A stretch of 36,090 nt of DNA from Gammaproteobacteria bacterium (lineage in GTDB: Bacteria > Pseudomonadota > Gammaproteobacteria > BMS3Bbin11): contig JAUWVE010000002.1 in the NCBI GenBank assembly GCA_030617565.1, forward strand, positions 1 through 36,090, in the 5' to 3' direction. Positions 28,077-36,090 of this stretch are shown here, piece after piece; the first letter of the stretch is position 1, and each line of letters starts with the position of its first letter. Below the pieces are notes generated by a model that was not told the origin of the DNA, made no database searches, and saw only the letters and a list, made by a program, of their open reading frames with translations. A program made the position numbers and the translations under genes.

Positions 28077-28085
28077 TGTGGATAA
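28077..28085 (-). promoter_or_regulatory. Perfect consensus DnaA box (TTATCCACA on the minus strand)
   Basis: The plus strand reads tgtggataa, 10 nt upstream of the lpoA start. It is a single 9-mer, so a chance match is possible. Confidence 0.35.
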
Positions 28086-28094
28086 TACCCTCCC

Positions 28095-30029
28095 TTGAAG
28101 CATTCAAAATCAATAATTCAACTTGTTGGCCTTTTTAGCCTGGCGCTCATCCTGTCTGCCTGTCAGTCAACACCGCCGACTTCACGTGCACCGGATGCAA
28201 CACCCCGACCTATAGCAATAGACAAGGAAATTTACACGCCACATACGGCTACAGAACCGCTTGATCAATTTTCATTGCCGGGAGACTTCCCGCTAACAAT
28301 CAGCAGCGATGATGCCAGGTTTCAGCAGGCCGTCTCATTGTTTCAATCGGGTAATCCCGGGCTTGCTCTTGACATGCTGGATAGCATTGAAGACAAGGCT
28401 TTGAGTGCCGACCAGAGAACACGCATACGTATTTTACAGGCGGCAATACTGTTACAGGCAGGCGGCAGCCTTCAAGCCCGGAAAGTCCTCAGGGGAAATG
28501 TTGGGAGTTATCAGCCTGCAACACTGGCGGCGTTTTACCTTATGCGGGCAAAGGCCGCCATGATTCAGGCCGAAACGGCGGATGCACTATCTGCCCTGCT
28601 AAAGCGTGAACAGTTTCTGGCTGCAAATCAAGTGCTGGAAAACCAGCACATGATCTGGAGCATACTGATGATTGCAGACAGTTCAGAGCTGAATAAGATT
28701 CAGCAGCAGGACATGTCTGCTGACCTGGCGGGCTGGCTTGAACTGGCGATGACGGTAAAAAGAAACAGCTCCTATCCGGGTTCAGAACAGGCAATAAACA
28801 ACTGGCGGATAAAAAACCTGTCACATCCGGCAAGTGCTGACCTACTTGATCAAATTACCAGGCAAGCCAGCCTAACGACGGTACCAAAAAGGGTGGCATT
28901 CCTGCTACCCTTAACTTCAGCCTATGAACCGGCAGCCAGTGCGATCCGCGATGGTTTTGAGGCTATAAATAATGAGCAGTCCGCAGACTCCCGCTATCAA
29001 CTACGCTTTTATGATTATGGCCGGGACGCAGATGCAGCAGTTCTGTACTACAATCAGGCCGTCAATGATGGTGCTGATATCATCATTGGCCCGCTGGGGC
29101 GCAAATCCATTGATAGCCTGCTGACGGCAACTGAAATACATGTCCCCACACTTTTGCTATCACCTCCTGCCGCGCAATACGTAACTCAGCAGAAGCTTTT
29201 TCAGTTCAGTCTCTCCCAGGAACTGGAAGCGCAACAAGCCGCCCAGCGAGCCTGGCTGGACGGGCACAGACACGGTGTCATTCTATTTCCGCAAACCTCC
29301 ATCGGTCAGCGCATGACAACGGCCTTTACCCAGCGCTTCAACGAACTGGGTGGAGAGATAGTCAGTAGCGAGAGTTATGCTGCAAAGGAAACAGACTTTT
29401 CACCTGCGGTACGTCGCCTGCTGGGCGTCGACCGAAGTGAACAGCGAATAGCTGAAATAAAAGCATTGCTCGGTGATAATATTACTACCGAGGCCCGGCG
29501 CAGACAGGACATTGGTTTCATCTTTTTACCAGCAGCAAACCGCAATGCACGCCTGATAAAACCAGTGCTGGACTTTTTCTATGCACTGAATCTTCCCATC
29601 TATTCCACTTCCCGGATATTTTCCGGCAAACCGGATCCTGTGAACGACAGGGATCTTGACAGTATACGCTTTCCTGACATGCCATGGATGATAGCGAATA
29701 ACGTTGAACTCGAGTCATTGCGCACATTCCTGCAAGGTGGCTGGCCCAATAGAGACACCAGCTACAACAGGTTGTACGGGCTTGGTATGGACATATTCAG
29801 TATTCTGCCTCGTCTGCAAAAGATGAGAGAAAATGCCTTATTGCACTATCAGGGACTCTCTGGAATTCTTAATATCGATACAGACGGCATAGTCCACAGG
29901 CAAATGTTGTGGGCCAGGTTCATCAAAGGCACACCTGAGCTGATCGATAAACAACCCACTTATCAAGGACGATTCAGTGAAAAAAAATTCGAAGCCATTC
30001 CTGCCATTGCACCTGCGGCGAGGCAATAA
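28095..30029 (+). CDS. lpoA: Penicillin-binding protein activator LpoA (outer-membrane lipoprotein)
   Basis: Signal peptide with lipobox LILSAC, a TPR-like N-terminal domain and a periplasmic-binding-protein-like C-terminal domain; 644 aa. Synteny rsmI/lpoA/yraN/diaA. The start is TTG with no obvious SD. Confidence 0.85.
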   Translation: MKHSKSIIQLVGLFSLALILSACQSTPPTSRAPDATPRPIAIDKEIYTPHTATEPLDQFSLPGDFPLTISSDDARFQQAVSLFQSGNPGLALDMLDSIEDKALSADQRTRIRILQAAILLQAGGSLQARKVLRGNVGSYQPATLAAFYLMRAKAAMIQAETADALSALLKREQFLAANQVLENQHMIWSILMIADSSELNKIQQQDMSADLAGWLELAMTVKRNSSYPGSEQAINNWRIKNLSHPASADLLDQITRQASLTTVPKRVAFLLPLTSAYEPAASAIRDGFEAINNEQSADSRYQLRFYDYGRDADAAVLYYNQAVNDGADIIIGPLGRKSIDSLLTATEIHVPTLLLSPPAAQYVTQQKLFQFSLSQELEAQQAAQRAWLDGHRHGVILFPQTSIGQRMTTAFTQRFNELGGEIVSSESYAAKETDFSPAVRRLLGVDRSEQRIAEIKALLGDNITTEARRRQDIGFIFLPAANRNARLIKPVLDFFYALNLPIYSTSRIFSGKPDPVNDRDLDSIRFPDMPWMIANNVELESLRTFLQGGWPNRDTSYNRLYGLGMDIFSILPRLQKMRENALLHYQGLSGILNIDTDGIVHRQMLWARFIKGTPELIDKQPTYQGRFSEKKFEAIPAIAPAARQ

Positions 30030-30357
30030 TGCCGAAACACTAGCAGAAAAATATCTCATCACCCAGGGCTTACTTGCGATTGAATGCAATTATCGCTGCA
30101 AGGCTGGCGAAATCGATCTGCTGATGCAGGATGCAGACACCCTGGTCTTTATCGAAGTACGCTATCGCAGTAATCCATTTTTTGGTACTGCTGCTGAATC
30201 GATCACCCCACGAAAAATGCAGCGCCTAAGGAAAACGGCTGAACATTTCCTGCTGACACACAAACAATATGCGCACTTATTTTTGCGCTTTGATGTGATT
30301 GCGATCTCCGCACAGACAGGCAAGCAGGAATTATTATGGATCAAAGATGCATTCTAA
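29977..30357 (+). CDS. yraN: YraN family protein (UPF0102, endonuclease-like fold)
   Basis: GEIDLLMQD...LVFIEVRYR...RFDVIAIS...WIKDAF matches the YraN family. The GTG start is preceded by AAGGA 7 nt upstream and overlaps the lpoA 3' end by 53 nt. Confidence 0.85.
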   Translation: MKKNSKPFLPLHLRRGNNAETLAEKYLITQGLLAIECNYRCKAGEIDLLMQDADTLVFIEVRYRSNPFFGTAAESITPRKMQRLRKTAEHFLLTHKQYAHLFLRFDVIAISAQTGKQELLWIKDAF

Positions 30358-30387
30358 CTATCTCACTGATAAAGTATCATCGGCAGC

Positions 30388-30553
30388 CTAAGGAACCTCT
30401 GATCAATTCATGAACTTGTACCTTACACCTAAAATATCCAGTTTTTTCGTTGTAAACCTTCGCAATAGCCAGCTATTACGTTCGATTTACGCCTCAAACC
30501 TGAATATTTTAGATCGCAATCTACATCGTCCAGACACATCAGAGGTTCCCTAA
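30388..30553. mobile_element. 158-bp palindromic MITE-like element (30392-30549) flanked by CTAA direct repeats
   Basis: Terminal IR GGAACCTCTGAT / ATCAGAGGTTCC; internal blocks ctaaaatatccag / ctgaatattttag; apex aatagc-ca-gctatt. All are symmetric about 30470/30471. CTAA lies at 30388-30391 and 30550-30553. Confidence 0.55.
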
Positions 30554-30557
30554 ATGA

Positions 30558-31163
<606 letters not shown>

Positions 31164-31245
31164 GTCTGCTCAATCAGCATTCATGGCTAGCGGGAACCTG
31201 AGGCCGTAGATGACGGGTTCCCGTTATGCTTAATCATCAAACAAT

Positions 31246-31731
31246 ATGAAACACTACACGAGCATCGAAAACAAAATTCTTGCTGAAACAGATGCTAACA
31301 GCCATCTGCTGACCAGCCTTCCTCGCCCCCTGGTGTTCACCAATGGCTGTTTTGATATCCTGCACCGGGGCCATGCCAGCTATCTTGAAGAAGCGGCACA
31401 ACTGGGAAACTGCCTGCTAGTGGCAGTGAATACTGATGCTTCGGTACGCCGCTTGAACAAGGGAAACGACAGGCCCGTCAACCCCCTGGCTGACAGGATG
31501 GCATTACTCGCTGCCCTGCAAAGCGTTGACTTAGTCATACCCTTCGATGCAGAGACACCACTGGAACTCATCCGCCTGCTTAAGCCTGATATACTTGTCA
31601 AGGGCGGCGACTGGCCGGTGAAAGATATTGTCGGTGCTGCAGAGGTCATTCAAGGTGGCGGAAAAGTTCTTTCCATCCCCTTTCGCTATCAACGCTCTAC
31701 CAGTGATCTTATCAAAAAGATTAGAAACTGA
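31246..31731 (+). CDS. hldC: Stand-alone D-beta-D-heptose-1-phosphate adenylyltransferase (RfaE/HldE domain II)
   Basis: 161 aa with the cytidylyltransferase motif TNGCFDILHRGH and a typical RfaE domain II C-terminus (VKGGDW...SIPF...STSDLI). Confidence 0.8.
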   Translation: MKHYTSIENKILAETDANSHLLTSLPRPLVFTNGCFDILHRGHASYLEEAAQLGNCLLVAVNTDASVRRLNKGNDRPVNPLADRMALLAALQSVDLVIPFDAETPLELIRLLKPDILVKGGDWPVKDIVGAAEVIQGGGKVLSIPFRYQRSTSDLIKKIRN

Positions 31732-31735
31732 TTCT

Positions 31736-33160
31736 ATGCTGCCTGAAGAACCATTTAGAAAATCATCTAAAGGTCCTGCCGAAAGCCTGGATACGAATTT
31801 TCTCATTTCTTTGAAAGCCTGCCTGTCACCGGAAAGATTGCTACTGGACAGGGCCGAATGCTGGGCCTACGGCTTCGATAATTCCCGCAAACATGCGACA
31901 CCGCAGGCGGTCGCCCTGCCGCTCACACATGATGAGGTCGTCGCCATAACGATGTTATGCAATCACTATAAAATCCCGCTGATTGTCCGCGGGCGCGGCA
32001 CCGGGACAACCGGTGGCTCAGTCCCGGTACAGGGCGGGCTGGTAATGTCGATGGAACAGATGAACCGGATCATAGAAATCGATGCAAGCAACAGGCTGAT
32101 GCGTGTAGAGCCCGGCGTCACCAATCAGGCAGTTCAGGATTGTGCAGCTGAAAGCGGCTTTTTCTGGGCACCGGATCCGGGCAGTGCCAGCGTCTGCACC
32201 GTTGGCGGCAACCTGGGCTTTAATGCCGCAGGTCCTCGTGCAGTTAAGTATTCCACTACGCGTGAAAATACCCTCGGCCTGATTGCAGTTACAGCAAATG
32301 GAGACACCCTGCATACCGGTGTAAAAACTACCAAGGGCGTGACTGGCTATGACCTGACACGCCTGCTGATTGGCAGCGAAGGAACACTGGCTATCATAAC
32401 CGAAGCAACGTTGAAGCTGCTCCCCCTGCCGCAGTCCAGCAGAACACTGACTGCCTGCTACAACTCCATCCAGGGTGCAACCGATGCGATAGTCACCATC
32501 ATGAATCAGTCACTGATACCCTCTGCGCTGGAATTTCTTGATCAGGCATCTATCAACCTGGTAAAAAATCAACCGGGCATCCACGTTCCAGATGATGCTG
32601 CGGCACTGTTGTTGATAGAAGTGGATGGTCTGGAAACAGAAATGCCCAATGCAATCAAACAGATCAGTAATGCTGCCGGCAATGCATCATTGCTTGAGAT
32701 ACATCATTCTGAATCTGCAGAAGACACAAAAAAATTATGGGCCACACGCAAGGCACTGTCACCTGCACTGCGAGAAATAGCACCGAACAAACTGAACGAA
32801 GATGTCGTCGTGCCGGTTGCCAATATCCCTGCATTGTTGCAGGGTCTGCAAAAGCTTAGTGAGAAATACGGAATCCCTATCGTCAACTTTGGCCATGCAG
32901 GTAATGGCAATATTCATGTGAATCTACTGTACAACACACAGAATGCTGAACAATCTGTGCAGGCCATGCCCTGCCTGTCAGCCGTTTTTAAACTGGTTCT
33001 CGGTCTCGGCGGAACACTGTCAGGCGAACACGGCATCGGTACTGAAAAAAAGGACTATATAGCGCTTGAAATTGACCAGGTCAGCCTGAACTGGATGAAG
33101 AAACTGAAAACCCTGTTCGATCCAAATAACATACTTAACCCGGGCAAGGTGTTCCCTTGA
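31736..33160 (+). CDS. FAD-linked oxidase, GlcD / D-2-hydroxyacid dehydrogenase family
   Basis: PCMH-type FAD-binding region (IPLIVRGRGTGTTGGSVP) and C-terminal GGTLSGEHGIG...LFDPNNILNPGK. I start it at the ATG at 31736, 5 nt after the hldC stop. The ORF-track start at 31628 would overlap hldC. Confidence 0.85.
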   Translation: MLPEEPFRKSSKGPAESLDTNFLISLKACLSPERLLLDRAECWAYGFDNSRKHATPQAVALPLTHDEVVAITMLCNHYKIPLIVRGRGTGTTGGSVPVQGGLVMSMEQMNRIIEIDASNRLMRVEPGVTNQAVQDCAAESGFFWAPDPGSASVCTVGGNLGFNAAGPRAVKYSTTRENTLGLIAVTANGDTLHTGVKTTKGVTGYDLTRLLIGSEGTLAIITEATLKLLPLPQSSRTLTACYNSIQGATDAIVTIMNQSLIPSALEFLDQASINLVKNQPGIHVPDDAAALLLIEVDGLETEMPNAIKQISNAAGNASLLEIHHSESAEDTKKLWATRKALSPALREIAPNKLNEDVVVPVANIPALLQGLQKLSEKYGIPIVNFGHAGNGNIHVNLLYNTQNAEQSVQAMPCLSAVFKLVLGLGGTLSGEHGIGTEKKDYIALEIDQVSLNWMKKLKTLFDPNNILNPGKVFP

Positions 33161-33263
33161 CAGGCCGCATCGCCTATTATTACAACCCTTAAACAAACAT
33201 ACACATCATCTGTCTGGATGTGTGATAAATATAGAAGCGCTGCAGCTTTCATGGTAAGCCATT

Positions 33264-35591
33264 TTGCAGGAAGAAATTGACAACGAAAATTACCCGGATA
33301 TCCCGGGTTATAAAATCCTATCGGAACTGGGCCGTGGTGGTATTGCAACGGTTTACCTTGCGGTACAGGAGTCGCTCGATCGTCAGGTCGCCCTCAAAGT
33401 CATGTCCCCTCTGCTGGCAATGGAACCTGATTATGCCGAACGCTTCATCAGGGAAGGACGCACCGTTGCCCAGTTAAGTCATTCCAACATCATAACGGTC
33501 TATGATATTGGTCTGCAGAAACACCAGTTGTTCATCGCCATGGAACATATCGCCGGCGGCAATATGCGTACTTTAATGCAGGATCACGTCAATGATCCGG
33601 AGTGGGCATTAAGCATAACAGGACAGATCGCGCTGGCACTGGGTTACGCACACACTGTAGGCATCGTGCATCGTGATGTAAAGCCGGAAAATATCCTGTT
33701 TCGTGAAAATGGTTCTGCAGTACTGACTGACTTTGGCATCGCCAAAACTATCACCTCCAACACCAACCTGACGCGTGCCGGGACGATTATCGGCACACCG
33801 AAGTATATGAGTCCTGAACAAACCGATGGTTTAGGCAACGACCCGCGTACAGATGTATATTCCCTCGGCATCATACTGTTCGAAATGCTGACCGGCAACG
33901 TGCCTTATGACAGCGAAAACAGCATGGCGGTTCTTTATGCCCATGTCCATGCTCCGATCCCGGATTTACCCGATGAACTCCGCGATCTGCAACCGCTGCT
34001 GAATAATCTGCTGGCAAAAAAGGCAGAAGACAGATCTGAAGATTGTGATGAGCTGGCCGAGATAATCCGCATCACCCGCCGTGAAAGGCATTACGCGTTG
34101 AAAGATCCTTCCCGTATGCTGGAAGCCAACCTGACCCGCGAGCTAGAGAAATCATCGCTGGAAAAACATAAAAATGCGCAGGAAAAACAGAATTCCGGGA
34201 AAGTTTTATCACCCTGGAAAGAAAAATTTTCCAAATTCACTGGCCACATACGAGAACTTTTAAATAAACCTGAAGGCATTCAGGATGATGATAAAAAACG
34301 CCTGCTATTACTTGCTGCCACCCTCATTAGTAGCATCGCAATAATAACTCTGTTCTCGATGTGGAAAGATGATTCTTCTGATTCTGTCGATGCACCTGAG
34401 AGCAATCATCTGACAGGAAATGTCGCAGCAGGTACTGAACAGACAACAGCCGAACATAATGGGCCATCAACAATTCTTGCCTCACCTGACACATCAATAG
34501 TGTCTAATAAACCACCGATTGCTACCGATGAAATAAAAAGTAAAACACCTGCTTTAGCTGAATTGCAAACAAATATCCGCGACAGCGCATCAGGAATTGA
34601 TGACACAGCGACCGAAACAGACATCAACCCAGAAGAGGAAAGCCATACAGCGCTGCTAATCTCCCGTTTTCTGGCAGATGAGTCAAATGATGAACTGGTC
34701 AAACAACACCAGGCCACTGCTGCCCCTGTCAGCCAGGAAGAGAAGAAGCCACCTGTTCTCTCAAGCAGACAGAAAAAGATCAACGGCCTGTTCGCCGAAG
34801 CCCGAACAGCCATCAAAGATGGACATATTATCAGCCCAAAAAATACCAACGCTGTCGCTTACTATAAGCAGGTGCTTGAACTTTCTCCTCGAAACAAACG
34901 TGCACTGCGCGGACTGACTGTCAGCGGCGACCTGATAGCTGAAAATGCAAAAGAAAAATACAATGCAGACAACGCGGATATTGCACTGCAACAAATCAAT
35001 GCCACACTATTGCTAATTCCTGATCATAAAAACCTGTTGTCACTAAAACAGACTATAGGGTCGTCATTCAACCCCAATAGCAGCTATGCAAAAGCAGAGA
35101 AGCTTTATCGAGGTGTAGATGGCCCACGGAACAGGGCGCGCGCCGTATTCTATTACAAAAATGCCGCTGAACTCGGACACATACAGGCAATGAATGACAT
35201 AGGAGTTGCCTATGCTGATGGGGAAGGCATCCACCGCAATGATACACAGGCAATGAGATGGTTTAAGGAATCAGCTCAATTGGGTAACAGTGAAGCAATG
35301 TACAACCTCGCCCTGGGATACCATTTCAGTAATATCAGCAATCCTGAAAAATCTATGCCCTGGGTAATACAGGCTGCCGAGAAAAAATATCGTCCCGCCT
35401 ACATGCTGATTGGCTGGATGACAACAACCGGTACGGGCACTGCCGCTAGCAGGGTAAGCGCAATTCGCTGGGATTTAAAAGGCATGGTCAACCCGATCAG
35501 TTCAGCACTGCATTCCCAATATCGCATACCGAAGAAATGGCAGGATAAATTCATGATCCAATACAAAAAAGCGACCAATACCGGGTCCTGA
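33264..35591 (+). CDS. Membrane-spanning Hanks-type Ser/Thr protein kinase with extracytoplasmic TPR-like/Sel1 repeat domain
   Basis: Kinase motifs LGRGGIATVY, VALKV, HRDVKPENIL, DFGIAK and GTPKYMSPEQ. One TM helix (LLLLAATLISSIAIITLFSMW, about nt 34300-34362). Sel1 repeats near the C-terminus (AVFYYKNAAELGHIQAMNDIGVAYADGEG..., AMRWFKESAQLGNSEAMYNLALGY). The start is TTG. Confidence 0.85.
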   Translation: MQEEIDNENYPDIPGYKILSELGRGGIATVYLAVQESLDRQVALKVMSPLLAMEPDYAERFIREGRTVAQLSHSNIITVYDIGLQKHQLFIAMEHIAGGNMRTLMQDHVNDPEWALSITGQIALALGYAHTVGIVHRDVKPENILFRENGSAVLTDFGIAKTITSNTNLTRAGTIIGTPKYMSPEQTDGLGNDPRTDVYSLGIILFEMLTGNVPYDSENSMAVLYAHVHAPIPDLPDELRDLQPLLNNLLAKKAEDRSEDCDELAEIIRITRRERHYALKDPSRMLEANLTRELEKSSLEKHKNAQEKQNSGKVLSPWKEKFSKFTGHIRELLNKPEGIQDDDKKRLLLLAATLISSIAIITLFSMWKDDSSDSVDAPESNHLTGNVAAGTEQTTAEHNGPSTILASPDTSIVSNKPPIATDEIKSKTPALAELQTNIRDSASGIDDTATETDINPEEESHTALLISRFLADESNDELVKQHQATAAPVSQEEKKPPVLSSRQKKINGLFAEARTAIKDGHIISPKNTNAVAYYKQVLELSPRNKRALRGLTVSGDLIAENAKEKYNADNADIALQQINATLLLIPDHKNLLSLKQTIGSSFNPNSSYAKAEKLYRGVDGPRNRARAVFYYKNAAELGHIQAMNDIGVAYADGEGIHRNDTQAMRWFKESAQLGNSEAMYNLALGYHFSNISNPEKSMPWVIQAAEKKYRPAYMLIGWMTTTGTGTAASRVSAIRWDLKGMVNPISSALHSQYRIPKKWQDKFMIQYKKATNTGS

Positions 35592-35594
35592 CGG

Positions 35595-36090
35595 TTTTTT
35601 TGTGTTGGCGTATGTGTAAGTTGGTATTCTTTTTTATTCTTGTGCTAGCGTTTGGCTGAGTGTTTCGTCCTTCATCAATTGGTTTTCTTTTTTATTCGAT
35701 TTCTTGAATTGATATGAGTTTTTCGCCCTTCATGGGCGAGTATCTTTTCTTTGATGGCCAAAGAAAAGGTACCAAAAGAAAGGCCACCCGCATGCTTTCC
35801 CTTCGGGTTCCCTGCGATGCTCAGATAAGCTGGCGGGGCGTGAACTCGCTACGCTCAAACAAGCACACCCCGAAACCCCAGCTCATCCTCCGCTTCTCGG
35901 CAAGCCTGAACGGGACGGGTAGGTCAACATCTAACATCAAGACCAAAGACCAACAATATTCGTCATTGCGAGCGAAGCGCGGCAATCTCCCTGTTTCGTT
36001 TCAGCATTATGAGATTGCTTCGTCACTACGTTCCTCGCAATGACTAACAGGCTTTTGACTTTCCTTTCCCCTTTAACCTTCCACCTTTCC
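35595..36090. mobile_element. Composite inverted-repeat element, copy 2 (left part only; continues beyond the window)
   Basis: It has the same module order as copy 1: T-run+GTG hairpin-like module (35595-35610), TTGGTAT, a degenerate partial TIR (about 35628-35680), the full TIR (35689-35741), the ttcccttcgggttccctgcgatgctc block, tctcggcaagcctgaacggga, heptamer doublets, a hairpin cassette, and caggcttttgactttcc plus a pyrimidine tract. Confidence 0.55.
35962..36044. repeat. Long imperfect hairpin cassette of copy 2 (GTCATTGCGAG ... CTCGCAATGAC)
   Basis: gtcattgcgag (35962-35972) pairs with ctcgcaatgac (36034-36044), and gcaatctc with gagattgc internally. It occupies the slot held by the REP doublet in copy 1. 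Confidence 0.65.

Noticed and set aside
31628-31735. Upstream extension of the FAD-oxidase ORF overlapping the last 104 nt of hldC.
   Set aside because: An in-frame ATG at 31736, 5 nt after the hldC stop, gives a normal-length GlcD-family protein. The extension is simply open frame across the hldC 3' end.
35581-35601. Possible intrinsic terminator of the kinase gene (accg-ggtcctga-cggt followed by T7).
   Set aside because: The stem is only 4 bp. The T-run is better explained as the conserved outer module (T-run plus GTG...hairpin) of composite element copy 2, also seen at 25911 and 26633. It may still terminate transcription, but I cannot support a separate call.

Overview
This window is almost entirely conserved chromosomal core, probably from a gammaproteobacterium that lacks dnaC and secM. 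On the plus strand it starts with the 3' end of pilD and then coaE. The minus strand then carries argJ, secA, an M23/LytM peptidase, lpxC and a complete, tightly packed dcw cluster (mraZ-rsmH-ftsL-ftsI-murE-murF-mraY-murD-ftsW-murG-murC-murB-ddl-ftsQ-ftsA-ftsZ). A DUF721/DciA-like gene sits on the plus strand between the peptidase and lpxC. Next come RNase P RNA (rnpB) and rsmI on the minus strand, and divergently lpoA-yraN-diaA-hldC, an FAD-linked oxidase, and a membrane Hanks-type Ser/Thr kinase with C-terminal Sel1 repeats. I found no transposase, integrase, phage gene, CRISPR array, toxin-antitoxin pair or recognisable defence operon, so I cannot support a novel multi-gene protein system here. 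The unusual content is non-coding. (1) A roughly 720-bp ORF-less composite element bounded by 53-nt terminal inverted repeats lies between the mraZ promoter and the 3' end of rnpB. A second copy with the same module order but a different internal hairpin cassette starts right after the kinase stop codon and runs off the window. (2) A 158-bp perfectly centred palindromic, MITE-like element flanked by CTAA direct repeats sits just upstream of diaA. (3) A REP/BIME-like cluster lies between argJ and secA. (4) Exact tandem heptanucleotide doublets and heptad-phased tracts, with a different unit at each locus, occur in nearly every larger intergenic spacer. They resemble cyanobacterial STRR repeats. 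All protein calls rest on reading motifs in the supplied translations, and no database search was possible.
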